Of a DNA stretch of 44,399 nucleotides, positions 16,536-25,293 are shown in pieces. Numbering within the stretch: position 1 is the stretch's first letter; each line of letters starts with the position of its first letter. The stretch is from positions 1-44,399 of the forward strand of contig JBHGBC010000030.1 of the NCBI GenBank assembly GCA_041946805.1. The letters run 5' to 3'. The translations under genes and the position numbers were made by a program. Below the pieces are notes generated by a model. That model was not told the DNA's origin, made no database searches, and saw only the letters and a program-made list of their open reading frames with translations. The DNA is from a bacterium (GTDB lineage: Bacteria; Hinthialibacterota; Hinthialibacteria; Hinthialibacterales; Hinthialibacteraceae).

Positions 16536-16811
16536 TTACTTCCTGGGCACTGTCAGCCGGATGGCAATGTACGGAAACAAAAACACGAAGAAAACAAGGA
16601 TCTCGGTGATTCCCAGGCTCGTGTACATCATCCAATCCACCTGTTCCATGGTCATGTGAAACCATTTGGAATGGAGGCCGTACACGAAATCCCGGTTTGT
16701 GACATAAATCATGAAGCCGGCCAGCATGAAGATAACTCCCAGGATGAAGCACCGGATCAGAATCTTCGCCAAGGTATCGAGGACGTGGTTTAGTTCCCAG
16801 GATCCATTCAT
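16536..16811 (-). CDS. DUF6868-like small membrane protein
   Basis: AAGGAG RBS; RCFILGVIFML...DFVYGLHSKWF.MT.EQ.D.MMY...LFPYIAI pattern. Confidence 0.7.
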   Translation of the reverse strand: MNGSWELNHVLDTLAKILIRCFILGVIFMLAGFMIYVTNRDFVYGLHSKWFHMTMEQVDWMMYTSLGITEILVFFVFLFPYIAIRLTVPRK

Positions 16812-16867
16812 AATGGTTCTCCTTGCTGGGTTGGATTAACTTCTCATATACCCCTTTTCGTCTTTTC

Positions 16868-18742
16868 TCAATCCAACATCACGGTTTCGCCCACCCGGGG
16901 CAAGGGAAACGGATCGAGTTTCCAGGTCTTCCGGTTCCAGGCCAGCCAGCACAAGGAGGGATCCTCCAACGGAACCTTGAACACGAATTTCGCTTCCGCG
17001 GGACGCTGATCCCCAGTCAACGTTGTGATTTCAATGGTGACTCCGGTCAAATCCAGTTTTTGCCCTCGGGCCGGCGCCGTTTTCCGCCCCAGCAGCAGCC
17101 GCTCGACCCGGTTCATGGTACTCTCGAGATCCACATAGGTTCGGCGGTCCGTCCAAGAATCCGTCTTCCATTGGGGCGGACCGGCGTATCCATTCCGGGG
17201 GCGCACCACCAACGTTTTTTCGCCGGTTCGGGACAATTCGACCGGATCCAATCCCGGGGCCAACACCCGCAAGCGTTCCGGCAGGGGATCGCCGTTCAAG
17301 AGCCGGATGGGAAACAAATACGCCACCACCAGGGGAACGGGGTGATTGACGAAGATCACCGTCTTCCCCGCCTGATCCGGGACGGATTGGTGGGCCATGG
17401 AAATCAACTCGATTCCCTTTTGCATCCGGTCCAGGGCCATGGGCGCCCAATGCAAATGACCCGCGCCGGTCAAAAGCCGGACCAGCAGGATCAAGCCGAG
17501 AATTCTCCGCGGCCAGACACGCGCCTTCGTTGGTTGATCCAGGGAGGATGCGTGGGGAAAGGCATTCTTCGCCGTCTGGGCCAGGAGTCCCATGCCACCG
17601 AACGCGGCCAGGGCCAGCGAGCGTCCGCCGGGCCAGGCGGCGCAGAGAGGGACCACCGCCAGCACGGTTCCGGTCAGCCAAAAGCGGGCCAGCCGGCATC
17701 CCCGCCACGCGGGATAAAAAAGAACCGCCAAACCGGCCAGTACGATGACCGCGGTGATCCAGTAAAGCCGGACGGCGAACGGCGTGAGGAGGGCATAGAG
17801 TTCCGGAGAGGGAAACGCGAGAATCCCCAGCAACAATAGGGGCACGCGTTCCACCACGGCCAGCGCGAAACCGGCCGGATCGATTCCCGGATCGACATAC
17901 AATTCCATGCCGGAAATGCCATACCCCAGGGAGGTATAGAGAATCCGCCAACCCATCGTCAGGAGCAGATAAGGCAGCAACGAGAGACAGCGGGCTCGAA
18001 CCGGCCCCGTTTCGAGCCACAACGCGTAGGCAAGTAAATAAGCGAAAACCGCGACTCCCGATTCCGAGGATAGCAAGGCCAGCAGGTAAGCCGCGGGCGC
18101 GAGGATTATGCAGTGTATTTGATTCAACCGCCTTCCGCGGTCGTGCGCCCATACCGCCAGCACTCCAAAGACAGCGCCCACCAAAATATGGCGGTTGGCC
18201 AAAAACGCAATCGGCACCGCCTGGGTGTCGTTCACGGCGAACAATAAAACCGCCAGTCCCGCCGCCCATCCCGCGCCCAGAAAATTCCGGTATGCGGCCG
18301 CGGCCAGCATCACGAGTCCGACAAACCAGGCCATACTGTGCATGTGCATCAGGGCGCTGGAATCGGGCCACAGCCAATAATCCACCATGCTGAACAGCGC
18401 GGTCAGCGGCCGCCAGAACGCGGCGCGGATCTCCGATAGATCGCACCACCAGGGAACGCCGCCCAAATCCACGGCCTGGCGGAGGATTTCCCGGTCGCCG
18501 GAAAAAAAAGAATACATCCGCATGGGGCCTTTGAGACGGCCTTCCTGGAGAAACAATCCGTCCGCCGCGGGATTTTTGCTGTACGCCGCGCGGTGTAGGA
18601 TGTCATCGCCGAACCATCCCACTCGCACGCACGGCCAGGCCAGAAGCGTTGCCAACAAAACGGCCATCAGGGGGAAACGGGGCCCTGCGAGTATCCGGCG
18701 GATGCGGTCCAGAAGACGATTTGCGATTGGGATTCTATCCAT
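16868..18742 (-). CDS. Polytopic membrane protein, GT-C-like fold suspected
   Basis: GWFGDD after the first TM, FWRPLTAL, SSESGV, roughly 10-12 hydrophobic segments and a soluble C-terminal domain. Start ATG 18742 (alternative GTG 18778). Confidence 0.7.
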   Translation of the reverse strand: MDRIPIANRLLDRIRRILAGPRFPLMAVLLATLLAWPCVRVGWFGDDILHRAAYSKNPAADGLFLQEGRLKGPMRMYSFFSGDREILRQAVDLGGVPWWCDLSEIRAAFWRPLTALFSMVDYWLWPDSSALMHMHSMAWFVGLVMLAAAAYRNFLGAGWAAGLAVLLFAVNDTQAVPIAFLANRHILVGAVFGVLAVWAHDRGRRLNQIHCIILAPAAYLLALLSSESGVAVFAYLLAYALWLETGPVRARCLSLLPYLLLTMGWRILYTSLGYGISGMELYVDPGIDPAGFALAVVERVPLLLLGILAFPSPELYALLTPFAVRLYWITAVIVLAGLAVLFYPAWRGCRLARFWLTGTVLAVVPLCAAWPGGRSLALAAFGGMGLLAQTAKNAFPHASSLDQPTKARVWPRRILGLILLVRLLTGAGHLHWAPMALDRMQKGIELISMAHQSVPDQAGKTVIFVNHPVPLVVAYLFPIRLLNGDPLPERLRVLAPGLDPVELSRTGEKTLVVRPRNGYAGPPQWKTDSWTDRRTYVDLESTMNRVERLLLGRKTAPARGQKLDLTGVTIEITTLTGDQRPAEAKFVFKVPLEDPSLCWLAWNRKTWKLDPFPLPRVGETVMLD

Positions 18743-18792
18743 AGCCTTCCAAATATCTGACGGTTTACTCCATCGCACGGATGTCAGGGATT

Positions 18793-18912
18793 CCGTCCTT
18801 TCAGGATTTCCCTCACCCGAATCCTCTCCCAGAGGGAGAGGGAATCGATTACGGGTATCGGCATGTTCCCCGAGCGTTGCCCTGGTCTAGCTTCTTCCGC
18901 GCCGTTGGCGCT
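18793..18912 (+). repeat. Family A hairpin nested in a family B-related element
   Basis: CCGTCCTTTCAGGA-TTT-CCCTCACCCGAATCCTCTCCCAGAGGGAGAGGG...CCCGAGCGTTGCCCTGGTCTAGC...CGCGCCGTTGGCGCT. Confidence 0.7.
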
Positions 18913-19045
18913 TCAAAAACAGTTCTGAAAAGAAGTAACCACTTACCACAAAACATGGTAAACGGATTCGAGGCAGGATGGGTCAGCGCGCTGCATATAA
19001 TCCGTCATGTCCCGCCCATCGTGTGCATCTTGATTGATACCAATT

Positions 19046-19140
19046 CCCTTCTCCCTTCGAGAGGGGGAAAGGGTGAGGGAATGCCGTTGCGCGGATTTCC
19101 CGCCCTTAAAAGCCGGGGGCACAAGGCCACGCGCCCCAAC
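19046..19140. repeat. Inverted family A hairpin plus family F hairpin
   Basis: CCCTTCTCCCTTCGAGAGGGGGAAAGGGTGAGGG; GGGGGCACAAGGCCACGCGCCCC (cf. 36735-36758). Confidence 0.6.
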
Positions 19141-19210
19141 GCATAACGGCCCAGGATGGATCCAAAAGACCCTCTTTTCCCCAATACTATTCTTCGAGGA
19201 TCCACCCTCC

Positions 19211-20551
19211 TTATCCCGCCCGGCTAGGAACCCGGACTTCACCCTGGCGGAAATACGCCGCCCGGTCCGCGATTTCGACGGTGTTCACCCGCGCCCTCAA
19301 TTGATAGAGTGTATTACATAATCCCAGCTCCGTCCGGCACAAGAAAAAAAATTCCGGATCCGGCGCGCTGTGTTTCGAGACGGCGTTCCACGCCTGGAAC
19401 ATGCGGTTGAGCACGGTGGATTGGCCGAAATCCACACAGGGATCTTCGTTTCTCCGGGGAAGCAATGTGTCATTGAACTGGATGACCGCCTCGATCAGCC
19501 GCTGGTCTTTTTTCCGCGCGGGATCGATGGAACCGCCAAAGACCGAATTCAAGATCCGGAGGAATTCGGCTTCATCGGTTTCCCACGGCCGAAGGGAGAA
19601 TCCCTGGATGTAATCCAGGATGCGGCGGGACAGATGCTTGACACAGCCAAAATCAATCAAGGAAACGTTGCCGTCCGCGTCGTACAAATAATTGCCGGGA
19701 TGCGGATCCGCGTGGATCACGTTCATCCGCAGAAATTGATAAAAAAACAATTCGAACAGCCGGGCGCCGAGCCGGTCCCGGTCCGCCTGGCCGGGATGCG
19801 ACTCGAGCCACGCGTCGAGAAACTCCCCCCGCATGAACGACAGGGTCAATACTTTTTCGGTGGAATATTCATCCAACACCCGGGGGACGCGCACGTATGG
19901 CAGGGCTTTCAGCTGTTCATGGAACAAGGTGACGTTCCGCGCCTCCTGCCGGTAATCCGTTTCCAGCAGGATGCCCCGTTCGATTTCCTCCAGCATATCC
20001 ATCGTGACCCACTTCGCGAGCCGGGCGGGCCAGGTCAGGGAACGCAGCAGGGCGAAGTCGTTTCTCACCGCGTCGCGGATGGCGGGATATTGCATCTTGA
20101 CCGCCACTTCTTCACCGTTGCGCGTCACCGCGTGATGCACCTGCCCCAACGAGGCGGCGGCGAACGGTTCCCGGCTGAACCGGGCGAAGATCTCTTCCGG
20201 GTACCGCCCCAGGGCTTGCTTGAATTGGGTCCGCATCAAGGTGGGGTGCATGGCGGGGGCGCGGGTTTGCAATTCCGCCAGTTCCTCGATGGCTTCTTCC
20301 GGAATCCATTGGGTCTGCATGCTGAGGGCTTGCCCCAGTTTCATGACCGGCCCGCGCAGGGATTGCAGCTCCTGGCAGATCCGCCGGCCGCTTTTCCGGT
20401 GGAATGACTTGCGTTTCTTCTCCCGCGATTCCGGATCGAGAAACCAATTCTGCATCTGATAGCCCACGTAACTGCCGGTGATCCCCAAACCCAGTTTGCC
20501 GACTTGGATCGCGCGGTGGAACGAACCGGTGTTTAAATTGTCCTTTACCAT
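19211..20551 (-). CDS. ABC1/AarF/UbiB (COQ8-like) atypical kinase
   Basis: KxGQ (MKLGQ), A-rich loop AAASLGQVH, VAVKMQYP, E.DY..EA.N, HADPHPGN, DFG; start overlaps the TetR stop by 7 nt. Confidence 0.92.
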   Translation of the reverse strand: MVKDNLNTGSFHRAIQVGKLGLGITGSYVGYQMQNWFLDPESREKKRKSFHRKSGRRICQELQSLRGPVMKLGQALSMQTQWIPEEAIEELAELQTRAPAMHPTLMRTQFKQALGRYPEEIFARFSREPFAAASLGQVHHAVTRNGEEVAVKMQYPAIRDAVRNDFALLRSLTWPARLAKWVTMDMLEEIERGILLETDYRQEARNVTLFHEQLKALPYVRVPRVLDEYSTEKVLTLSFMRGEFLDAWLESHPGQADRDRLGARLFELFFYQFLRMNVIHADPHPGNYLYDADGNVSLIDFGCVKHLSRRILDYIQGFSLRPWETDEAEFLRILNSVFGGSIDPARKKDQRLIEAVIQFNDTLLPRRNEDPCVDFGQSTVLNRMFQAWNAVSKHSAPDPEFFFLCRTELGLCNTLYQLRARVNTVEIADRAAYFRQGEVRVPSRAG

Positions 20552-21228
20552 TCCCAGGTCCCTCGTTGCAGCACGTGCTGGATCAAGTGGAGTGTCCGGT
20601 CGAGCAGCGCCAGCGTGTTTTCCTTGCCCGCGGATTTGTCGTTCAGCCAAAAGGTCAGAATGCCAATGAATCCCAGCCCCACCGCGTACGCCCCCAAGTC
20701 GCCCAAGGGAGGAATCTCGCCGTTCTCCTCGGCCTGGGCCAGGATGCCCCGGATGAATTTCAATTCCCGGAGCCGCAATTCCTGGATTTCAAGACTCAAG
20801 GGATTGAGTTTGGACCGCGGCTGCAACGCGCGCCAATACACCGCGCCAATGAATTCCTGGTACGGTTCCAGACGCTCCAGGGCGTGCTGGGTGATGGCGA
20901 ACAATTGTTCCGGCAGGGGGGCCTGCTGGACATATTCATCCCGGCCGTACCAGTCGATGCAGCTTTGGATTTCCCGTTCGAAAAAGAAGAGCGCCAGGTC
21001 TTCCTTGGTTTTGAAATAATTGAACAGGGTTCCCTCGGCGATTTTGGCTTTCTGGGAGATTGCCTTGGTCGTGGTTTTGCTGAATCCCTTTTTCCGGAAC
21101 AGTTCCAGCGCGGCCTTGAGAATGCGTTCCCGCGTCACTTCCTTGTTTTTCTCGCGCTTGCCGGGCCCGGCGGGCGCCCGGGGGCGGATTTTGGGTTGCC
21201 GTTTGATCTTCGCAGGGGATTTCTTCAC
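20545..21228 (-). CDS. TetR-family regulator with COQ9-like/TetR_C_23-like C-terminal domain
   Basis: TRERILKAALELFRKKGFSKTTTKAISQKAKIAEGTLFNYFKTKEDL; C-terminal FWLNDKSAGKENTLALLDRTL; GTG start behind GGAGGAG. Confidence 0.9.
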   Translation of the reverse strand: MKKSPAKIKRQPKIRPRAPAGPGKREKNKEVTRERILKAALELFRKKGFSKTTTKAISQKAKIAEGTLFNYFKTKEDLALFFFEREIQSCIDWYGRDEYVQQAPLPEQLFAITQHALERLEPYQEFIGAVYWRALQPRSKLNPLSLEIQELRLRELKFIRGILAQAEENGEIPPLGDLGAYAVGLGFIGILTFWLNDKSAGKENTLALLDRTLHLIQHVLQRGTWEW

Positions 21229-21247
21229 CGGACTCCTCCACAAAATA

Positions 21248-21308
21248 TGAGTGTACTCATTTTAATGGATATTCCCACGCCGGTCAAGAAAAAAAATGAG
21301 TGAACTCA
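21248..21308 (-). promoter_or_regulatory. Sigma70 promoter of tetR-kinase with two palindromic operators
   Basis: Minus strand TTGACC(21287-82)-17-TAAAAT(21264-59); TGAGTGTACTCA 21248-59 and TGAGTGAACTCA 21297-308. Confidence 0.85.
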
Positions 21309-21363
21309 ATATTTTTACGAGTTCCCTGCCGCCGCGCGGGTCTCAGTCCCGTTCCGCCGGATT

Positions 21364-22056
21364 TCACCAAACTCCCGGCAGCAGACGCCGGCCTACGTCC
21401 CGCGCGTATTCGCGATACCCGGGAAGTTCCCTCTGTAACACGCGGTCCTCCAGACCGGTGCGAACGATGACCAGAATCATCCCGGCCACGGCGGGCATCA
21501 ACGCCCAAAGCGAACCCAACGCCAAGGGGGCGGATAGCATTCCGAGGATTCCAAACGCGTATCCCGGATGGCGGATGTACGCGTAGGGACCGGTTTTCAC
21601 GACCGTGTGTCCACGTTCGCACTGAATCCGGATGATCATGGAGTAAAAAGGATTCTCCCGGATGGTCCATAATCCGAAGGCGCAACTCAGGATAAATACC
21701 AGCAGGAATGAGATCTGAATGGCGCCGGGCAAGGCGGGAGACCAACCGAAGCGTTTCACGTCCAGCCCGGCCACGATCAGGGGAATGGGATAGAGGAAGA
21801 AAAACAGCCAACATACCATGACCACATCCCACCGCTTGATGCCTTTTCGCAAGGAGCTCCGTTCGGCCATCAAATCAGGATCCGCCACCCAATGAACCAG
21901 CTGGGCATACACGGTATTGACCACCAGGAACGTCCATCCCCCCGGCCAATCCCATGTGCCCGCCGCGCCGAACAAACTGCCTCCGAATAAGACAATATGA
22001 AAGAGGGCGGAAAAAAGCAACCGCCTGCTGTGGAGAAGGGAGATGCCCGATCTCAT
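21364..22056 (-). CDS. Isoprenylcysteine carboxyl methyltransferase (ICMT/Ste14/PEMT) family membrane protein
   Basis: AGTWDWPGGW, DPDLMAER, ENPFYS.IIRIQ.ERGHTVVKTGPYAYIRHPGY, EDRVLQRELPGY.EY...RLLPGVW. Confidence 0.88.
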   Translation of the reverse strand: MRSGISLLHSRRLLFSALFHIVLFGGSLFGAAGTWDWPGGWTFLVVNTVYAQLVHWVADPDLMAERSSLRKGIKRWDVVMVCWLFFFLYPIPLIVAGLDVKRFGWSPALPGAIQISFLLVFILSCAFGLWTIRENPFYSMIIRIQCERGHTVVKTGPYAYIRHPGYAFGILGMLSAPLALGSLWALMPAVAGMILVIVRTGLEDRVLQRELPGYREYARDVGRRLLPGVW

Positions 22057-22118
22057 CTTGGTTTTTCCAGGGGGCTGAAGATCAGCCGGGGCGCTCCGGC
22101 TCCTGCATCCTTGAAATA

Positions 22119-22180
22119 TGAGTATACTCAATATTTTAATCCCAGGCGGAATCCATGTCAAGAAAAAATGAGCAGGCTCA
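22119..22180 (-). promoter_or_regulatory. Sigma70 promoter of the ICMT-like gene with two palindromic operators
   Basis: Minus strand TTGACA(22161-56)-17-TAAAAT(22138-33); perfect TGAGTATACTCA 22119-30 and TGAGCAGGCTCA 22169-80. Confidence 0.85.
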
Positions 22181-22376
22181 GGATTGGTGAATGGGGAGGA
22201 GAGTCATGGGAACGAAGGGGGCAGGACGGATTCGGGCGCAGCCGGTAACCTGTCCAGATCTCCTCGCCTTGGGAGAGGAATCCGCTGAGAGATGATGGGC
22301 CGAGGGGGACCAGGGTGTCCGCCCAAGCCGCCCGGCGCGGCAACTTGCCCCCGCGGGCAATGGGCTGGAAGGGCGC

Positions 22377-22406
22377 CTGGATCCCCGCTTACGCGGGGAT
22401 GACGTC
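22377..22406. repeat. Family C REP-like hairpin, copy 2
   Basis: CTGGATCCCCGCTTACGCGGGGATGACGTC. Confidence 0.8.
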
Positions 22407-22416
22407 CAGGGCCGCG

Positions 22417-23475
22417 CTACCCAATCACCCGCTTGGCCAGTAAAAACCGCTCCCTGAGCGCCGGGTCCTCATCCATCCGGGTGACGATGACTCCCCGCCG
22501 GGAGCGGGCGTGAATGAATTCGTCCGGCCCCAGGGCCAAGGCCACATGGGTAATTCCTCCGTATTCTCCCGAAAAGAAAAGGAGGTCGCCGGCCGCCAAC
22601 GCGCCGGTCAGGCCGGGCAGGGCCGAGATTTTGCCCATCAGGAACTGCTGGTCGGCGTCGCGGGGGAGATGAATGCCGATGCCGTGATAGGCGTACCGGA
22701 CGAAACCCGAACAGTCGATGCCGTCCGGCGTCGTGCCGCCCCACTGGTAGGGAACCCCCAGGAGCGATTGGGCCACGGCGCGCACCGCCTGGCGCTGCTG
22801 GTTGCCGTGCAACGGGACAGGAAGCGTAATACCGGCGGGGACCGCGGCACGGGAACCGGTGGGCAGCCGGATCTCGCCCGGCGCGGAGCTGGGCAGCGCG
22901 GCCCCGCCCGGGATCATAATGCCGTCCATGTTGCAGGCGCAGACGAACAAGGTGGTATCCCCGCCGATCCAATCCAGCCATTCGCGCCCATTCACCGGCC
23001 GGAAATGGATGTTCTGCACCCAGCCCACGTAACCGAGTTGCGTCTGCGCGAGGGTCCATTCGTCCTCCCGGCGCAGCAGGCGGAGAAATTGGCCGTACAC
23101 GGCCGTGTCCACCTGTTCCGCGGCTTCGGGGGCGGCATGCAACGGGCAGGCCCCGCTGGTCACCAGGCCGAAGGTCATTTCCCTCAACCGGGGATCGGGC
23201 AAGACCGTCACCCGGTCCACGCCGCAGGCGGTGTCCAGGACGTCCGCCGCCCTCCGCAACGCCTGGAGGGGGAAGGGGGATGAGACATAGCCCTCCACGG
23301 CGAAGGGATCGAGGGAACACGGCGTGACGTCCCACACTTGCAGGCGGAGATCCGGAACCGCGCAACGGCCGATGTATTCACACAACCGGGCGGCGTCGTT
23401 CCGCGTCCGGAGCGACCGCACGGGCAATCCGGCCAGGATGTGATCGATGCGCCGCGTGGGCTGCAAGTGGGCCAC
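22417..23475 (-). CDS. NlpC/P60 cysteine peptidase with SH3b-like domain (YkfC/dipeptidyl-peptidase VI-like)
   Basis: LGVPYQWGG..PDGIDCSGFV, LPRDADQQ, GDLLFF, HVALALG..EFIHA; GYVGWV; no obvious signal peptide. Confidence 0.85.
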   Translation of the reverse strand: MAHLQPTRRIDHILAGLPVRSLRTRNDAARLCEYIGRCAVPDLRLQVWDVTPCSLDPFAVEGYVSSPFPLQALRRAADVLDTACGVDRVTVLPDPRLREMTFGLVTSGACPLHAAPEAAEQVDTAVYGQFLRLLRREDEWTLAQTQLGYVGWVQNIHFRPVNGREWLDWIGGDTTLFVCACNMDGIMIPGGAALPSSAPGEIRLPTGSRAAVPAGITLPVPLHGNQQRQAVRAVAQSLLGVPYQWGGTTPDGIDCSGFVRYAYHGIGIHLPRDADQQFLMGKISALPGLTGALAAGDLLFFSGEYGGITHVALALGPDEFIHARSRRGVIVTRMDEDPALRERFLLAKRVIG

Positions 23476-23589
23476 GAGGGTTCCGCCTTTCTTCGGTTCG
23501 GTTGAGTTTTCCCTGGTTGGTATAAAACAAGTTTAGATGATAAACAATCCGGTTGCCGGCTAGGCCGATATGACACCCGTTCCGAATTA

Positions 23590-23673
23590 CCCTCACCCTA
23601 GCCCTCTCCCAGAGGGAGAAGGAATCGGTTAGCCGGGCCGTGGCTTTATCCCGGGGCTGAAGCCCTGGGCTAG
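23590..23673 (+). repeat. Family A plus family B-variant hairpins
   Basis: CCCTCACCCTAGCCCTCTCCCAGAGGGAGAAGG; CCCGGGGCTGAAGCCCTGGGCTAG. Confidence 0.7.
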
Positions 23674-23748
23674 TTGAAAAGCGCAGTCGGCGCCGACATG
23701 GCTCTCCCGCATTTCAGTAACTCAGGCATGACGAAAACTCAACAGAAC

Positions 23749-24795
23749 CTAGAGAATCAACATCGCGTCGCCGTACGAGTAAAAACGGAACTCGTGGGCG
23801 GCGGCGTATTCATAAGCCTGCCGGCGCAACTCATTGCCCAGGAAGGCCGATACCAACAAGAGCAACGTGCTGCGCGGCAGATGAAAGTTGGTGATCAGGC
23901 TGTCCACGATCTTGAACGTGTAGCCCGGATAAATAAACAAGCTCGTCTTCCCCTCCCCGGCCGTCAACGCGCCACCGGTTGTGACGGCCGATTCGAGCAC
24001 CCGCACCGCCGTGGTCCCCACCGCCACGATCCGTCCGCCCCGCGCCTTGGTTTCGGCCGCCAGCGCGGCCGTCCCGGGGGGAACGCAGTAGGCCTCCGTG
24101 TGCATGACGTGCTCTTCCACCTTTTCCACCCGCAGGGGGAGAAACGTATCCAGGCCGATGCGCAGAGTCACCGCGCCGGTCCGGACGCCTTTTTCCCGCA
24201 GGCGGTCCAGCAGTTCCCGGGTGAAATGCAAACCGGCGGTGGGGGCGGCGGCCGATTCATAAGGCGGGAACCGCCGGGCGTAGACGGTCTGATAGCGTTC
24301 CCGGTCGGGCCCGTTGGTTTGATCCGCCGGCCGGTTGATATACGGTGGCAGGGGAATCCGGCCGTGCATGGTCAACGCCGTGTCCCAATCGCCTTCCCAT
24401 TCAAACCGGACATGGAATTTCCCCTCGTCCAGTGATTCGATCACGACACAGGAAAACGTGTCCGAAAACACCACCCGCGCGCCCCGCTTGAGCCGGGAGG
24501 CGCGGTAGGCGATGACCTCCCATTCCCCCTCCCGGCGCGGCTCCAACAGCAGCATCTCGATGGCCGCCCCGCCCGGTTCCTTGCGGCCGAGCAGGCGCGC
24601 GGGGAACACATAGGTGTTGTTCAGGATCAGGGCGTCGCCCGGCGCGAGATATTCCACGATATCCCGGAAACGCCCTTCGCGCAGGCTGCCATCCGCCCGG
24701 TTGACGGCCAGCAAACGGGATTCGTCCCGCCGCGGGCTGGGCGCTTGGGCGATCAGATGGCTGGGCAGCGGGTAATCAAACGCGGACAGGTCCAT
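23749..24795 (-). CDS. queA: S-adenosylmethionine:tRNA ribosyltransferase-isomerase
   Basis: FDYPLP..LIAQ.P, GRIPLPPYI, DRERYQTVYA, AAAPTAGLHFT, AVGTT..R.LES, TNFHLPRSTL, FRFYSYGDAM. Confidence 0.97.
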   Translation of the reverse strand: MDLSAFDYPLPSHLIAQAPSPRRDESRLLAVNRADGSLREGRFRDIVEYLAPGDALILNNTYVFPARLLGRKEPGGAAIEMLLLEPRREGEWEVIAYRASRLKRGARVVFSDTFSCVVIESLDEGKFHVRFEWEGDWDTALTMHGRIPLPPYINRPADQTNGPDRERYQTVYARRFPPYESAAAPTAGLHFTRELLDRLREKGVRTGAVTLRIGLDTFLPLRVEKVEEHVMHTEAYCVPPGTAALAAETKARGGRIVAVGTTAVRVLESAVTTGGALTAGEGKTSLFIYPGYTFKIVDSLITNFHLPRSTLLLLVSAFLGNELRRQAYEYAAAHEFRFYSYGDAMLIL

Positions 24796-24835
24796 GGGGC
24801 GGTTTTCCTGGAGAAAATCCGGAATGAAAACAAGA

Positions 24836-25057
24836 TTACTTGAATCCCCTCATCCAACTCAACAGGATCGTCAGCAACACGGAAAGGAGGATGCACGTCG
24901 TCAACGGGAAATAGACCGTCACGCGTTTGCCCTGGTATTGGATATCACCCGGAAGTTTTCCGAGCCAGGGCGCATGAGGAACCAGCAGGAAGCAAACGCC
25001 GGTCAGAATGAACAACGCCCCCACGATCAGGAACCATTTGCCAAGAAAGGGAAACAT
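24836..25057 (-). CDS. DUF2905 family membrane protein
   Basis: GKWFLIVG...LGKLPGDI......TVYFPLTTCILLSVLLT; GGAG RBS; typical position upstream of queA. Confidence 0.85.
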   Translation of the reverse strand: MFPFLGKWFLIVGALFILTGVCFLLVPHAPWLGKLPGDIQYQGKRVTVYFPLTTCILLSVLLTILLSWMRGFK

Positions 25058-25104
25058 TGTTTCTCTCCGTCAATTCTCCCCCCGGGCGGCGGCCCTTGAT
25101 TTTT

Positions 25105-25256
25105 GGCTCTTCCGGCAAATGCGTACGTTTCATCAAGCATGTCCGGCCGCTCTCAACCGGACCGGCCGGGGAGATCAACCCCCTAATCCCCTCTCCCCTC
25201 GGGAGAGGGCCAGGGTGAGGGAATTTTTTATACGGGCGGACCTTCGTGTCCGCCCG
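25105..25256 (-). repeat. Inverted partial MITE copy (TIR plus family A hairpin) plus family F hairpin
   Basis: GGCTCTTCCGGCAAATGCGTAC at 25105; family A at 25188-25221; TACGGGCGGACCTTCGTGTCCGCCCG at 25231-25256. Confidence 0.7.
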
Positions 25257-25293
25257 CGTCATCGGGTGGCGGGGATGCCTTTTTCACCAGCCG

